From: Nitrospirota bacterium
GTDB lineage: Bacteria; Nitrospirota; UBA9217
Reading direction: 5' to 3'
NCBI GenBank assembly: GCA_963796285.1
Contig: CAWCKW010000012.1
Coordinates: forward strand, 352,001 to 416,000
Length of the DNA: 64,000 nt
Both the position numbers and the translations under genes were made by a program. Positions 42,531 through 52,826 of this stretch are shown piece after piece; position 1 is the first letter of the stretch; every line of letters starts with the position of its first letter. The notes beneath the pieces are model-generated. The model had not been told where the DNA came from. It searched no databases and worked only from the letters and a program-made list of their open reading frames with translations.

Positions 42531-43920
42531 ATGGAAAAACTACTGATCACCGATGACAATGAAGAAATACGGACTCAGCTGAAATGGGGCTTTAGCAAGG
42601 AATATGCGTTGCTCCTTGCCAGGGATGGGACGGAAACACTCGCCTTGTTCAAGAAGAATAACCCGCGGGTCACGACCCTGGACCTAGGCCTGCCTCCTCA
42701 TGAGAACGGGACCGAAGAAGGGTTCCGGTGTCTTCAGGAAATGCTCAGTCATAATCCAAGGGCAAAAGTTATTGTGATAACCGGCAATGACCAGCGGGAA
42801 AATGCGCTTAAGGCCGTTCATCTGGGGGCCTATGACTTCTATCAGAAACCGATAAATCTTGAGGAGCTCAAAGTAATCGTCCGGAGGGCATTTTACCTCT
42901 CAGCCATTGAAGAGCAGAACCGCGCTCTGCACAGTGCCCTTGAACGACAGACAGCACAGGTCGGCGGTATGATCGGCCAGTGTGCGGAGATGCAGGCTGG
43001 TATTCTCCACTATGCGGAAGATCGCCTCATCTGACGCGGCTGTCCTCGTCCAGGGCGAGAGCGGGACCGGGAAGGAACTGGTCGCGCGGGCGATCCATGC
43101 CATGAGTCTTCGCAAAAATGGCCCCTTTCTGCCCATTAACTGCGGTGCGATCCCGGAGACGCTTCTTGAGCCCGAGCTCTTCGGTCATGAGAAGGGGTCG
43201 TTCACCGGAGCACATGCTCAAGTACAAGGTAAGGTGGAATATGCCCAGGACGGGACGCTCTTCCTCGATGAGGTCGGAGAACTTCCCCTATCGCTCCAGG
43301 TGAAACTATTGAGATTTCTCCAGGACAAGACCATCCAGCGGGTGGGCGGCAGGGAAGATATCTCGGTCAACACACGGATCCTTGCTGCAACGAACAAGGA
43401 CCTTTTAAAGGAAGTAGAATCGGGAAAATTCAGGGAGGACCTGTACTACAGACTTGGGGTGGTTCTGATAAAGGTCCCGCCGCTCAGGGAGCGAAATGGT
43501 GATATCCCGGTCCTGGCCACCTTTTTTCTGAAGCGATATTGCGATCTGTATAATAAGAGAGTTCGGGGATTTAACTCGTCCGCCCTCGAGAGCATAGAGA
43601 CATATGCTTGGCCGGGCAACATACGGGAGTTGGAGAACAAGATCCAGAGGGCAGTGCTGTTATCAGACGGTCCTTTAATCGAACCCCGCGATCTTGGGTT
43701 TGACGCGAAATTGATGACACAGAGGAAGGTGAAATCCGACATCAGGACGCTTAAGGAAGCGAAGGAAAGTGTAGAAAAGGAAATAGTGGTATTCTCGCTC
43801 GAGAGAAATGAAGGGAATATCGCTAAATCCGCGGAAGAGATGGGGATCAGCAGACCGACCCTGTATGACCTCATGAAGAAGTATGGACTGTATAACGGGA
43901 CGCTTCATCAGGAGGCATGA
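42531..43920 (+). CDS. prsR: PEP-CTERM-box sigma54 response regulator PrsR, frameshift near 42995
   Basis: [21 protein letters not shown]; [31 protein letters not shown]. Confidence 0.88.
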
Positions 43921-43974
43921 GAAAGGGGTTAGTCAGTTGAAAATAAAATTCTTCTCAAAACAGGCGGAAAAATT

Positions 43975-44153
43975 CTCTCAGAGGAGTTTGAGTTCTCAGA
44001 GAAAAGCTAATAAATATTCTGGGTTAGAACCAAGACTGAAAGGTCTTCTTGACGTCCTTTGCCTGTGCCCGCGCCTTGGCAACAGCAGGGTACGGCTTTG
44101 CGTGAGACGTGTTTCAGCTTAGACCTTTCGGTTCTGGTTTGTCCGGTTTAGGG
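43975..44153. repeat. Palindromic / MITE-like intergenic element
   Basis: tctctcagaggag...ctttgcgtgaga, then ttcggttctggtttgtccggtttagg, similar to 15256-15276. Confidence 0.45.
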
Positions 44154-44184
44154 GTTAGCAGACAGGAGACAAGGTATCTCAAGC

Positions 44185-44619
44185 TTACGGATAAGTATAA
44201 CTCATGGAATTTGAATGTGCACTCTCTATTTCCATTCCGTTAACAGTAACAATAGCTGTGACGGCAAGATAGTACGTCTTGGATGTTTCCCGCGATATTT
44301 CATCAGTAAAGACAGTATTATTTAAATCAATCAGATTGATGCTTGTAGGCGGATTAGGGCCAGAGACGAGGTAGTCGGCATACCTGGCAGTAAGGTTAGC
44401 GTCAGTATATATATATATTCGATATCCCGTGAGCTCGCCTGGCTCAATGCGGGTGGTTCCATCATTGTATGTTGATGGTGCCTCCCATGCAAGCACTGTT
44501 TTTTCGGAGCCGGATAATGCTGCAGTCCCTCCACATTCATTGCACCCTGAAATAATGGTTGCAAGGACAGTGCAAAACACGAGTAAAGGAATGGCGCCTA
44601 AACAAGCTTTGCTGCGCAT
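44185..44619 (-). CDS. Small lipoprotein with a single FnIII-like domain
   Basis: AGGAGG RBS before ATG 44619; lipobox ISGC; TVLAWEAP, LTGYRIY, TYYLAVTA, ESAHSN. Confidence 0.75.
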   Translation of the reverse strand: MRSKACLGAIPLLVFCTVLATIISGCNECGGTAALSGSEKTVLAWEAPSTYNDGTTRIEPGELTGYRIYIYTDANLTARYADYLVSGPNPPTSINLIDLNNTVFTDEISRETSKTYYLAVTAIVTVNGMEIESAHSNSMSYTYP

Positions 44620-44862
44620 ATCAACCTCCTTTTCTGGAAGTAAAAAGATGTCCTTCATGGAACCGATGGCCAGTAGGGTTCTTCCTGAACCTTCGGTCAG
44701 TGTCGGCTTAAATGCTCAAGTCCAATCACTACTCCATAAAGTTATCGTGGACAATTATTGAAGTATCCTTTTTCCGACCATTTTTTTGTTGCGATTTTAA
44801 TTGAAAAAAACATAGATGTCAACTATTCTTTGATGTTATTGTGTTATACTTTAGTAGCTTAT

Positions 44863-44888
44863 GCATAGACTAAAAGAAATGTCTATGC
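44863..44888. promoter_or_regulatory. Operator-like inverted repeat between divergent genes
   Basis: GCATAGAC-N10-GTCTATGC. Confidence 0.35.
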
Positions 44889-44924
44889 TAATCTTATAAA
44901 CCGTCTTCACTGCGTTAATTTGCC

Positions 44925-45875
44925 ATGAGAGCTAGATTTCATAAAATGATCATTCTGAACTTATTCTTGTTCCTTCTCGCGTCAGGGGCAGCTCATTCTG
45001 CTTTTGCCGGACCGGTCGAAATTCAATCCATACAGATAACTCCTTCTGAAACCACGGTCGGAAGATATCCGGAAATTACCGGCAGTATCAAAGCGACCAA
45101 GGCGCTCGCGCGAGGCAAGACCCTGTCCATAACCGTGATTGCCGTAGTGGTCCGGCCGGACCATGTCGTGAAATCGTGGAGGTGGAAGAATGTACGCATT
45201 CGGACCGGTGACGTCAGATCTTTTACCATACCGAAAGAATACGAGGCGAAATTGGCCGGGACCTACAAAGTGGATTTTAATGTATATTCCGCGGACATGC
45301 TGCCTTTGCACAGGCTCTCCAAAACATTTGTAGCTGTCGCTCCATCACTTCCGCCTGCGATAAAAAAACCCCCGATAAAGCGCGGTGCGCGTACCGAAGC
45401 GACCTCTGAGCGAGCGGCTGGTAGTCCGGCAGAATACCGGAGTATGGGCGTCGGTCTTTATGCGAACACCCTGAACAGTACTGGTGGGGCAACGATGCTC
45501 CTGTGGCCATTTAAGTATGTGGGCTTACAGGCAAGTTACACCGTTGGGCAGTTTACGATCTCTGAAGGCAGGATCCTCGCGCGATATCCATTCTCATCAG
45601 GGATCACTCCCTATCTGGGCGCAGGGTATTTGAATGTCACCACGGAGCGAACAGTGGAGATAATCGGCATCAAGACCAGGTTTCAGAATAGTGGCGTGAG
45701 CGGTGTGATAGGCGTCGAGGTCCCGCTGGGAAAAAGCGTGTTCGGTTCTATCGAACTGAGCGGCGCATCAATAGACCTGAAAAAAGAGGTGGCCAGCGGA
45801 TCTATCACGGGGACCGCATCTGTTAAGTACGCCCCTGTTACCATCGGATTAAGCATAGTTTATTATCTGTTCTGA
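44925..45875 (+). CDS. Exported protein: Ig-like domain, Pro/Lys linker, outer-membrane beta-barrel
   Basis: Signal peptide AFA-G; GTYKVDFNVY; PYLGAGY; C-terminal GLSIVYYLF. Confidence 0.65.
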   Translation: MRARFHKMIILNLFLFLLASGAAHSAFAGPVEIQSIQITPSETTVGRYPEITGSIKATKALARGKTLSITVIAVVVRPDHVVKSWRWKNVRIRTGDVRSFTIPKEYEAKLAGTYKVDFNVYSADMLPLHRLSKTFVAVAPSLPPAIKKPPIKRGARTEATSERAAGSPAEYRSMGVGLYANTLNSTGGATMLLWPFKYVGLQASYTVGQFTISEGRILARYPFSSGITPYLGAGYLNVTTERTVEIIGIKTRFQNSGVSGVIGVEVPLGKSVFGSIELSGASIDLKKEVASGSITGTASVKYAPVTIGLSIVYYLF

Positions 45876-46010
45876 TGATTTGACTATGAAGTATTGTGAT
45901 CTTCGATAGAACTAGATCCAACATCATAGTATCTTAATTCATTGACTTCTTCTTTTTGGTTCCTGTTTGTTCACTGAAGTATGGATGGCATGAATGCGTA
46001 TCCCCCTTTG

Positions 46011-46019
46011 TGGTATAAT
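46011..46019 (+). promoter_or_regulatory. Extended -10 promoter for the Crp gene
   Basis: TGgTATAAT ending 8 nt before ATG 46028. Confidence 0.5.
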
Positions 46020-46027
46020 TAAAAGCA

Positions 46028-46795
46028 ATGAAAACGGAAAATAAAATAAATACTAATCCAGCTAATGGAAAAGCGAAGAGGCCGGGCGCCGTTGTCCGCA
46101 CAGAAAAGAGAAGGTCCGAAGACAGGGTCACGCTGTTAAAACGCATCCGCCTCTTCTATTCTCTTACCGACAAGGAGCTCTATGAGCTGTCTCAGAAAGT
46201 ACGGCTCAAGGAATTCAGGAAAAACCATATTATTCTCCACGAGGAGGATACGAACGGCTTCATGTATATCATCGTTCAGGGGAAGGTAAAGATATATCAG
46301 ATGGGGGACGAAGGAAAGGAGATGATCCTGTCCGTACATGGCGCGGGAGAATTCTTCGGAGAAATGTCCCTCATAGACGGTAAAACAGACCCTGCGACAG
46401 TCGCAGCGATGGAGCTCTCACTGGTAGCAATCATATCACGGGACGACTTCTACGCTATGCTGTACTCCCAGAAAAAGATCCTGGAAAATCTGCTGGAGCT
46501 CCTCTGCTCCAGACTGCGTGAGTCATGGAAAAAGATCCAGATGCTGAATTTTAACGATGCTGCGCAGCGGGTCAAGATGCTCTTGCTCATGCTTGCGGAA
46601 GACTACGGAGATAAAACAGCGGAAGGGACAACCATCAGGATCAAGCTTATTCATCAAAATATGGCGGACATGACCGGTCTTTCCCGCGAGACGGTGACGC
46701 GGGTGCTCGACAAAATGAAGAATAATAGAGAGATAAAGATAACGAAAGATAAATTTATTCAGCTCTTGCCGGAGTTTGATTCAATTTCGCTGTAG
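46028..46795 (+). CDS. Crp/Fnr family regulator (cNMP-binding type)
   Basis: GEFFGEMSL; HTH MADMTGLSRETVTRVL; no FNR Cys cluster. Confidence 0.92.
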   Translation: MKTENKINTNPANGKAKRPGAVVRTEKRRSEDRVTLLKRIRLFYSLTDKELYELSQKVRLKEFRKNHIILHEEDTNGFMYIIVQGKVKIYQMGDEGKEMILSVHGAGEFFGEMSLIDGKTDPATVAAMELSLVAIISRDDFYAMLYSQKKILENLLELLCSRLRESWKKIQMLNFNDAAQRVKMLLLMLAEDYGDKTAEGTTIRIKLIHQNMADMTGLSRETVTRVLDKMKNNREIKITKDKFIQLLPEFDSISL

Positions 46796-47015
46796 CAGCG
46801 CGCTGCGGGGATTTTTAACATATCTCGTCGTATTATCCAACCACGTACCTGAACAAGGTTCAGGCTTCTACTGAAAAAGGATCCCCAAAACTGAAGTTCA
46901 GCTTGGATAAACCGATGAACACAAAAAACCTCGATACACGGCAAGCCTTACCTGGTCGCGCTCTAAGAAAAACGTCACGGGCCATCCAAACCGATGAGGG
47001 GGATGGTTTTTATCC

Positions 47016-47044
47016 TTGACAAACCCTCTGAAATTTCATAGAAT
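47016..47044 (+). promoter_or_regulatory. Sigma70 promoter of the tRNA
   Basis: TTGACA-17 bp-TAGAAT. Confidence 0.8.
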
Positions 47045-47070
47045 TCGCTCTTGCAAATGAAGACGCAGAC

Positions 47071-47145
47071 AGGCTCGTAGCTCAGGGGGAGAGCGCTACC
47101 TTGACACGGTAGAGGTCGGCGGTTCGAAACCGCCCGGGCCTACCA
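47071..47145 (+). tRNA. tRNA-Val (GAC)
   Basis: Acceptor AGGCTCG/CGGGCCT; anticodon arm CTACC-ttGACac-GGTAG; GGTTCGAAACC T-arm; encoded CCA. Confidence 0.97.
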
Positions 47146-47155
47146 CTAGAAACAG

Positions 47156-47189
47156 GGAGTTAGCTGACACAGGCTGACTCCTTTTTTTT
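47156..47189 (+). terminator. Intrinsic terminator after the tRNA
   Basis: ggagttagc...gctgactcc followed by T8. Confidence 0.85.
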
Positions 47190-47346
47190 GTGCAGATGGC
47201 CGCCGGTTTGCAGTTGCCGGGCTGGTCCACGAAGGGGATCCAGCTTGTTCACGGCCTTCCCTTTGTTTCTCCGGGCAACGTGGGCCTCGAAGGGCCGTCC
47301 TTCGCTCCAGTCAGTCTATAATTATCTCAGTTACCATTAAATTCTC

Positions 47347-48078
47347 ATGGACATTATTATTGCGCAAAATCTCATAAAAGACTACAACGGCCTCCGGGCC
47401 GTCAATAACATTAATTTCACCATTCACCAGGGCGAATGCTTCGGATTCCTTGGCCCGAACGGAGCAGGCAAGACCACGGTGATGCGTATCATCTCCTGCT
47501 TCATGCCGCCGACATCGGGCACGGTGACGGTCTTCGGCACGGACGTTACCGCCGGACCGAGCGACATCAAATCCCGTCTCGGCATCATGCCGCAGGAAGA
47601 AAACCTCGACCCGGACCTTTCCGTGACCGAGAACCTTGTAGTGTATGCGAGGTACTTCGATATCAGGAAGAAAGACAGCCAGCGGCTTGTCCGCGAACTG
47701 CTCGAATTCGCGGAGCTCCAGGACAAGGCGGATGCAAAGATCGATCAGCTTTCCGGCGGTATGAAGCACCGGCTTCTGCTTGCCCGCTCGCTCGTGAACA
47801 ATCCCGAGATTCTGATTCTCGACGAACCCACGACAGGCCTGGACCCGCACAGCAGGCGGGCGGTCTGGGGCAAACTGAACAATCTTAAATTCCGGAACAC
47901 CACGCTTCTTCTTACGACGCATTACATGGAAGAAGCTGAGAACCTCTGTGACCGCGTGGCGATCATGGACTCGGGGAGGATCATCACGATCGATTCGCCG
48001 GAGAATCTCGTGGCCTTGCACGGCGGCAACCTTGAGCATGTATATCTCAAGTTGACGGGGAGGAGCCTTGCGGATTAA
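47347..48078 (+). CDS. ABC exporter ATPase (NodI-like)
   Basis: GPNGAGKTT, LSGGM, ILDEPTTGLD, TTHYMEEAE. Confidence 0.93.
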   Translation: MDIIIAQNLIKDYNGLRAVNNINFTIHQGECFGFLGPNGAGKTTVMRIISCFMPPTSGTVTVFGTDVTAGPSDIKSRLGIMPQEENLDPDLSVTENLVVYARYFDIRKKDSQRLVRELLEFAELQDKADAKIDQLSGGMKHRLLLARSLVNNPEILILDEPTTGLDPHSRRAVWGKLNNLKFRNTTLLLTTHYMEEAENLCDRVAIMDSGRIITIDSPENLVALHGGNLEHVYLKLTGRSLAD

Positions 48079-48823
48079 GCGAGTTTTCAGCGTCTGGCAA
48101 CGGCACTGGCTGGTCTATACCAAGCTGTATAAGACGAGCTTTGCGCTCAACTTCTTCGAACCTGCCGTATACCTGGTGGCCATGGGCTTCGGGCTCGGCG
48201 CGTTCGTGCAGAATATCCATGGTCAACCATACATCAACTTCATTGCGCCGGGCATCGTGGCGTCCTCGTCGGTCTTCGCCGCGGTCTATGAGTGTACCTA
48301 CGGCACCTATATCCGGATGACGTTCCAGAAGACCTTTGACGCCATCCTCGCGACGCCGGTGAACCTCGACGATCTCGTTGCCGGCGAGCTCATGTGGGGT
48401 GCTACCAAGAGCGTGATCTTCGGGATCACGATAATGATCGTGATCGCCCTGTTCGGGCTGGTGGGCTCATGGCGAATCGTGCTCGCGATACCCTTTATCT
48501 TCCTGGGCGGGCTGATCTTTGCCGAGCTTTCCGTTGTATTCTGCGCGATCGTGCCGGGCATCGATTCGTTCAGTTATTTCTACACGCTCTTCATGACGCC
48601 GCTGTTCCTCTTTTCCGGTATCTTTTTCCCGCTGGATGCCATGCCGCACATGGTCTCCAACCTCGCCTTCTTTTCACCGCTCTACCACCTCGTGAATATC
48701 TGCCGAGCCTTTTCAGCGGGCAGCATCGGCACCGAGCTCTGGAGCATGGTATGGCTGGTCGTTGTCGTTGCCCTCCTTGCGCCGTTCCCATTCAGGCTCA
48801 TGAAAAAGAAGATCGTTGTCTAG
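48068..48823 (+). CDS. ABC-2 permease (NodJ-like)
   Basis: EPAVYLVAMGFGLG, FIAPG, DAILATP, FSGIFFP; six TM segments. Confidence 0.9.
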   Translation: MRIKRVFSVWQRHWLVYTKLYKTSFALNFFEPAVYLVAMGFGLGAFVQNIHGQPYINFIAPGIVASSSVFAAVYECTYGTYIRMTFQKTFDAILATPVNLDDLVAGELMWGATKSVIFGITIMIVIALFGLVGSWRIVLAIPFIFLGGLIFAELSVVFCAIVPGIDSFSYFYTLFMTPLFLFSGIFFPLDAMPHMVSNLAFFSPLYHLVNICRAFSAGSIGTELWSMVWLVVVVALLAPFPFRLMKKKIVV

Positions 48824-48923
48824 CCTGGAGACCGTGTCTGTTGCAAAATTAATGTTAGAGCCGGAGAATCGTGTTATAATTTCAGCAGCCACAGATCGTC
48901 AACAAGGTATGAGGTCGATTTGC

Positions 48924-49904
48924 ATGTACCATCCAAGATTTTTTGACAAGGTCGGGTCAATTACCGGAGAGCCATTAACAGCGCAGGGGATCAAGGTTTT
49001 ACAGGTAAATCTTGGATACCGGTGTAACATGGCATGCACCCATTGCCATGTGTCCGCAGGCCCCTCCCGTTCTGAACAGATGTCGCGAGAGATAGTTGAG
49101 TCCGTGTTGCGCGTCCTTGCAGACAATCCAATTAACACCCTCGATATCACCGGAGGTGCTCCGGAATTGAATCCTCATTTCCGGATGCTCATTTCCAGCG
49201 CGGGGAGGGAGGATAAACGGGTCATTGTTCGAACCAATCTATCTATATTATTGGACAAGGGGAATGAGGACCTGCCGGACTTCTACCGGGACCATGGAGT
49301 GGACCTGGTCGCTTCGCTCCCCTGCTATCTTGAAGAGAACGTGGACGCCGTGAGGGGCATCGGCGCCTTTGGCAAAAGTATCAGCGCCCTTCGCATGCTC
49401 AACAGCGCGGGCTTTGGAAACGGGCCGGATGGTCGGTCGCTCACCCTGGTCTTCAATCCCCGGGGGGCATTTCTGTCTCCCTCGCAACATGCCCTGGAAG
49501 CGGATTATAAACGAGAATTGAAAAAACGCCATGATGTGACGTTCGACCGATTATTCGCCTTTACTAATATGCCTGTGGGCAGGTTTAGAGATACACTGGT
49601 CAGAAACGGCAATCTCGAGATCTACCAGGAAATGCTCGCGTCGGCGTTCAACCCTGCCGCGCTTGAAAACATCATGTGCCGTTCAATGGTGAGCGTCGGA
49701 TGGGACGGCAGGCTGTATGACTGTGACTTTAATCAGGCCCTTGGTCTTGGTCTGGATAGCAGTGTTCCTCAGCATATCAGGAATTTTGACCATGCGGTTC
49801 TTTCCCGCCGCGTCCTTACTGTGAATGATCACTGTTTTGGATGTACGGCAGGGCAGGGGTCCTCGTGCGCAGGCGCGACGGCATCGAAAATGGTCACTTG
49901 CTGA
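48924..49904 (+). CDS. arsS: ArsS-like radical SAM / Cys-rich protein
   Basis: LQVNLGYRCNMACTHCHV, DITGGAPELNP, ASLPCY, YDCDFNQ, HCFGCTAGQGSSC; TGtTATAAT at 48872-48880 and GAGGT support start 48924. Confidence 0.85.
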   Translation: MYHPRFFDKVGSITGEPLTAQGIKVLQVNLGYRCNMACTHCHVSAGPSRSEQMSREIVESVLRVLADNPINTLDITGGAPELNPHFRMLISSAGREDKRVIVRTNLSILLDKGNEDLPDFYRDHGVDLVASLPCYLEENVDAVRGIGAFGKSISALRMLNSAGFGNGPDGRSLTLVFNPRGAFLSPSQHALEADYKRELKKRHDVTFDRLFAFTNMPVGRFRDTLVRNGNLEIYQEMLASAFNPAALENIMCRSMVSVGWDGRLYDCDFNQALGLGLDSSVPQHIRNFDHAVLSRRVLTVNDHCFGCTAGQGSSCAGATASKMVTC

Positions 49905-49974
49905 AGAATATAGGGAGTATCCCCTCACCGCAATTTTCTCCCCAATGGGGAGAGGAAGAAAAAAGGCCCCAATC

Positions 49975-51501
49975 ATGGAACAACATCCCTTAATTCTTCC
50001 TCAAGACGTACATAATCAGACTCTTGTCGACAATGTCCATCCCGCGGCATGGAGGAATCCTGAGCCGGCTCCGTACTATAACCTTGTCGTGATCGGCGCA
50101 GGCACAGCCGGTCTGATCGCTGCCGCCGGAGCGGCGGGTTTGGGGGCAAAAGTCGCTTTGATCGAACGTCATCTTATGGGCGGCGATTGCCTCAATGTCG
50201 GCTGCGTGCCTTCCAAGGGGATCATCAGGGCAAGCCGAGCAGCGTATGATGTAAAAACCGCCGGAGTGTTCGGCATCACCTGTGAAGGAAATATTTCGAT
50301 CGATTTCAGCAAAGCCATGGAGCGCATGCGCTGCATCAGGGCAAGGATCAGCTCCCGTGATTCCTTTGAGAGATTCAGCAAAGAGCTTGGCATTGACGTA
50401 TTTCTCGGAAGCGGGATGTTCACGGGGCGCGACAGGATTGAGGTGGACGGGAAGTCTCTTCGATTCAGGAAGGCAGCGGTCTGCACCGGTGAGAGGGCGG
50501 CGGCCCCGCCTATACCCGGGATCGCGGAGACGGGTTACCTCACCAATGAAACTTTATTCTGGCTGACGGAACTTCCGAAAAGGCTTCTCGTGATCGGCGG
50601 CGGTCCTATCGGCTGCGAGCTGGCCCAAGCCTTTGCGCGCCTGGGGAGCGAGGTCACGATCATCGAGGCGGTCGGCCGCGTGCTCGTGCGTGAGGACGCT
50701 GACGCCGCCGAGATCGTCCAGCAGTCCATGCTGCGCGACGGGGTAACCCTTGCCCTGAACGCGAAGGTTCTGAAAACAGAGAGGCGCGGTGCTGCCAAGA
50801 TCATCACTATCGAGCAGAATGGAAAGTCTATTGAGTTCGCTGGAGACGAGATATTGGTCAGCGTCGGCAGGGCCCCGAACGTGGACGGTCTGGATCTCGA
50901 AACCGCTGGAATCGCCTACGACCCGGGGATGGGTGTGAAGGTGAACGATATGCTCCGGACATCAAATCCGCGCGTGTATGCGGCCGGGGACATTTGCTTT
51001 CCCTATAAGTTCACGCACACTGCCGATGCCCTGGCGCGCATCGTGATCGCGAACGCGTTGTTCAAGGGACGGCAGAAGACGTCCTCCCTTGTGATTCCCT
51101 GGTGCACGTACACGGACCCGGAGGTGGCCCATGCGGGAATGTACGAAAAAGACGCTCGCGACAAGGGGATCGAGGTGCTGTCCCTGACGGTGATGCTCAG
51201 AGATATCGACCGTGCGCTGCTTGATGGTGAGACAGAAGGGTTTGCGCGGGTACACCTGAAGAAGGGGAGCGATACAATACTTGGCGCTACCATTGTCGCA
51301 CGCCATGCCGGAGAAATGATCAACGAACTGTCGCTTGCCATTACCGCAGGTCTTGGTCTTTCGGCCATTGGCAAGACCATCCATCCCTATCCCACCCAGG
51401 CCGAGGCGATCAAGCGGCTTGCTGACGTATACAACCGGACGAGGCTGACACCGTTCGTCAAGAAGCTGTTCACCGCCTGGTTGAAATGGCAGCGGTCATA
51501 A
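49975..51501 (+). CDS. Class I pyridine nucleotide-disulfide oxidoreductase (MerA/Lpd-like)
   Basis: GAGTAG, GGDCLNVGCVPSK, GGGPIG, HPYPTQAE. Confidence 0.9.
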   Translation: MEQHPLILPQDVHNQTLVDNVHPAAWRNPEPAPYYNLVVIGAGTAGLIAAAGAAGLGAKVALIERHLMGGDCLNVGCVPSKGIIRASRAAYDVKTAGVFGITCEGNISIDFSKAMERMRCIRARISSRDSFERFSKELGIDVFLGSGMFTGRDRIEVDGKSLRFRKAAVCTGERAAAPPIPGIAETGYLTNETLFWLTELPKRLLVIGGGPIGCELAQAFARLGSEVTIIEAVGRVLVREDADAAEIVQQSMLRDGVTLALNAKVLKTERRGAAKIITIEQNGKSIEFAGDEILVSVGRAPNVDGLDLETAGIAYDPGMGVKVNDMLRTSNPRVYAAGDICFPYKFTHTADALARIVIANALFKGRQKTSSLVIPWCTYTDPEVAHAGMYEKDARDKGIEVLSLTVMLRDIDRALLDGETEGFARVHLKKGSDTILGATIVARHAGEMINELSLAITAGLGLSAIGKTIHPYPTQAEAIKRLADVYNRTRLTPFVKKLFTAWLKWQRS

Positions 51502-51516
51502 ACGGCTGGAGATACG

Positions 51517-52200
51517 ATGGCCAAAAAAAAGCTCATTCTTGCGGCAATCGTAGGTGTGCTCATCACGCTGTTCTTCGTATTCGACCTGGGAAGGTTCCTG
51601 ACCCTGGATTCGCTCAAGGCCAACCGCGATGCGTTGACAGCGTTCTATCAGGAGAACCCGTTCGTCATGGCCGGTGCCTTTATCGCCATCTATATCATCC
51701 AGAGCGCGCTGTTCCTTCCCGGAGCCGCAGTCTTCTCCCTTGCAGCAGGCGCCATATTCGGCGCTGTCATGGGGACTCTATATGTCAATATCGGCGCCAC
51801 GGTCGGCGCGACACTGGCCTTCCTCGTGGCTCGCTATCTGTTCCACGACGTGATCCAGAACAAATTCGGGGCCCGTCTGGAAAAGATGAACAGGGAACTC
51901 GAGGCACGAAGCTTCAACTATCTCCTGTTCCTGAGACTGATCCCGGTCTTCCCCTTTTTTCTGATAAACCTCGGGGCCGGACTGACACGCATGTCCCTCC
52001 GGACCTTCTTTCTCGGCACCATGATGGGTATGATCCCCGGTAGTTTCGTGTTCTGCAATGCCGGCGCCAGTCTTGCCACGATCACCAGCATGAGCGAGGT
52101 CGCTTCGCCCCGCGTGCTCGGGTCCTTTGCCCTGCTGGGATTATTCGCTCTTGTTCCGGCGCTCTATCAGAAGTTCAAACGAAAACAGGGAGGGCCATGA
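51517..52200 (+). CDS. TVP38/TMEM64 (DedA/VTT) membrane protein
   Basis: [29 protein letters not shown]. Confidence 0.92.
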   Translation: MAKKKLILAAIVGVLITLFFVFDLGRFLTLDSLKANRDALTAFYQENPFVMAGAFIAIYIIQSALFLPGAAVFSLAAGAIFGAVMGTLYVNIGATVGATLAFLVARYLFHDVIQNKFGARLEKMNRELEARSFNYLLFLRLIPVFPFFLINLGAGLTRMSLRTFFLGTMMGMIPGSFVFCNAGASLATITSMSEVASPRVLGSFALLGLFALVPALYQKFKRKQGGP

Positions 52201-52204
52201 AACA

Positions 52205-52664
52205 ATGAAGATCGCTATCGGAGCTGACCACGGTGGATTCCTGCTCAAGGTGGAGCTGGTAAACTATCTAACGCAGTCCGGCCAGAGTCCCCTCGATCTG
52301 GGGACTTTCAGCAGCGACGCTGTTGACTACCCGGATTATGCCCGTGCCGTTGCCATGGCCCTTCGCGGACACAAGGCTGACCGGGGGATCCTGATCTGCG
52401 GAAGCGGCGTGGGTGCATGCGTGGCAGCGAACAAGTTCCCTGGTATCCGCGCGGCTGTTTGTCATGACACCTTTTCCGCTCGCCAGGGGGTTGAGGATGA
52501 CGATATGAATGTCCTCTGTCTCGGAGCGCGAGTGATAGGCAGTGAACTGGCGAAAGAACTCGTCCGCACATTCCTGGCCGTCAACGTTTTCGAACGCGGA
52601 ACGGCACGTGAGACGGCTTGCCAAGGTGCGCGAGATCGAGAAAGAGTTCATGGAACATTCATGA
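52205..52664 (+). CDS. rpiB: Ribose-5-phosphate isomerase B, frameshift near 52585
   Basis: [27 protein letters not shown]; RHVRRLAKV in a shifted frame. Confidence 0.88.
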
Positions 52665-52826
52665 GTCTTCGGCTCATATTAGAACAGGAAACTCACCTGC
52701 CTTGAACTCTCCCTGAAAAGCCGGGGAACTTGACTACTCCTCATTATGACAAGGGAAGGATCCGCGGGCTGTCTTTTCAGGTATAATAAGAATTGACCTC
52801 AACCGTTACTCGAAGAGGAGATCATC

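Noticed and set aside
47071-47145. tRNA as an island or prophage attachment site
   Set aside because: I saw no integrase and no repeat of the tRNA 3' end in the window.
49855-49875. Selenocysteine in the ArsS C-terminal motif
   Set aside because: The codon in GSSC is TGC, not TGA.
49975-51501. True mercuric reductase MerA
   Set aside because: No C-terminal Cys-Cys pair, no N-terminal metal-binding domain and no mer genes nearby.
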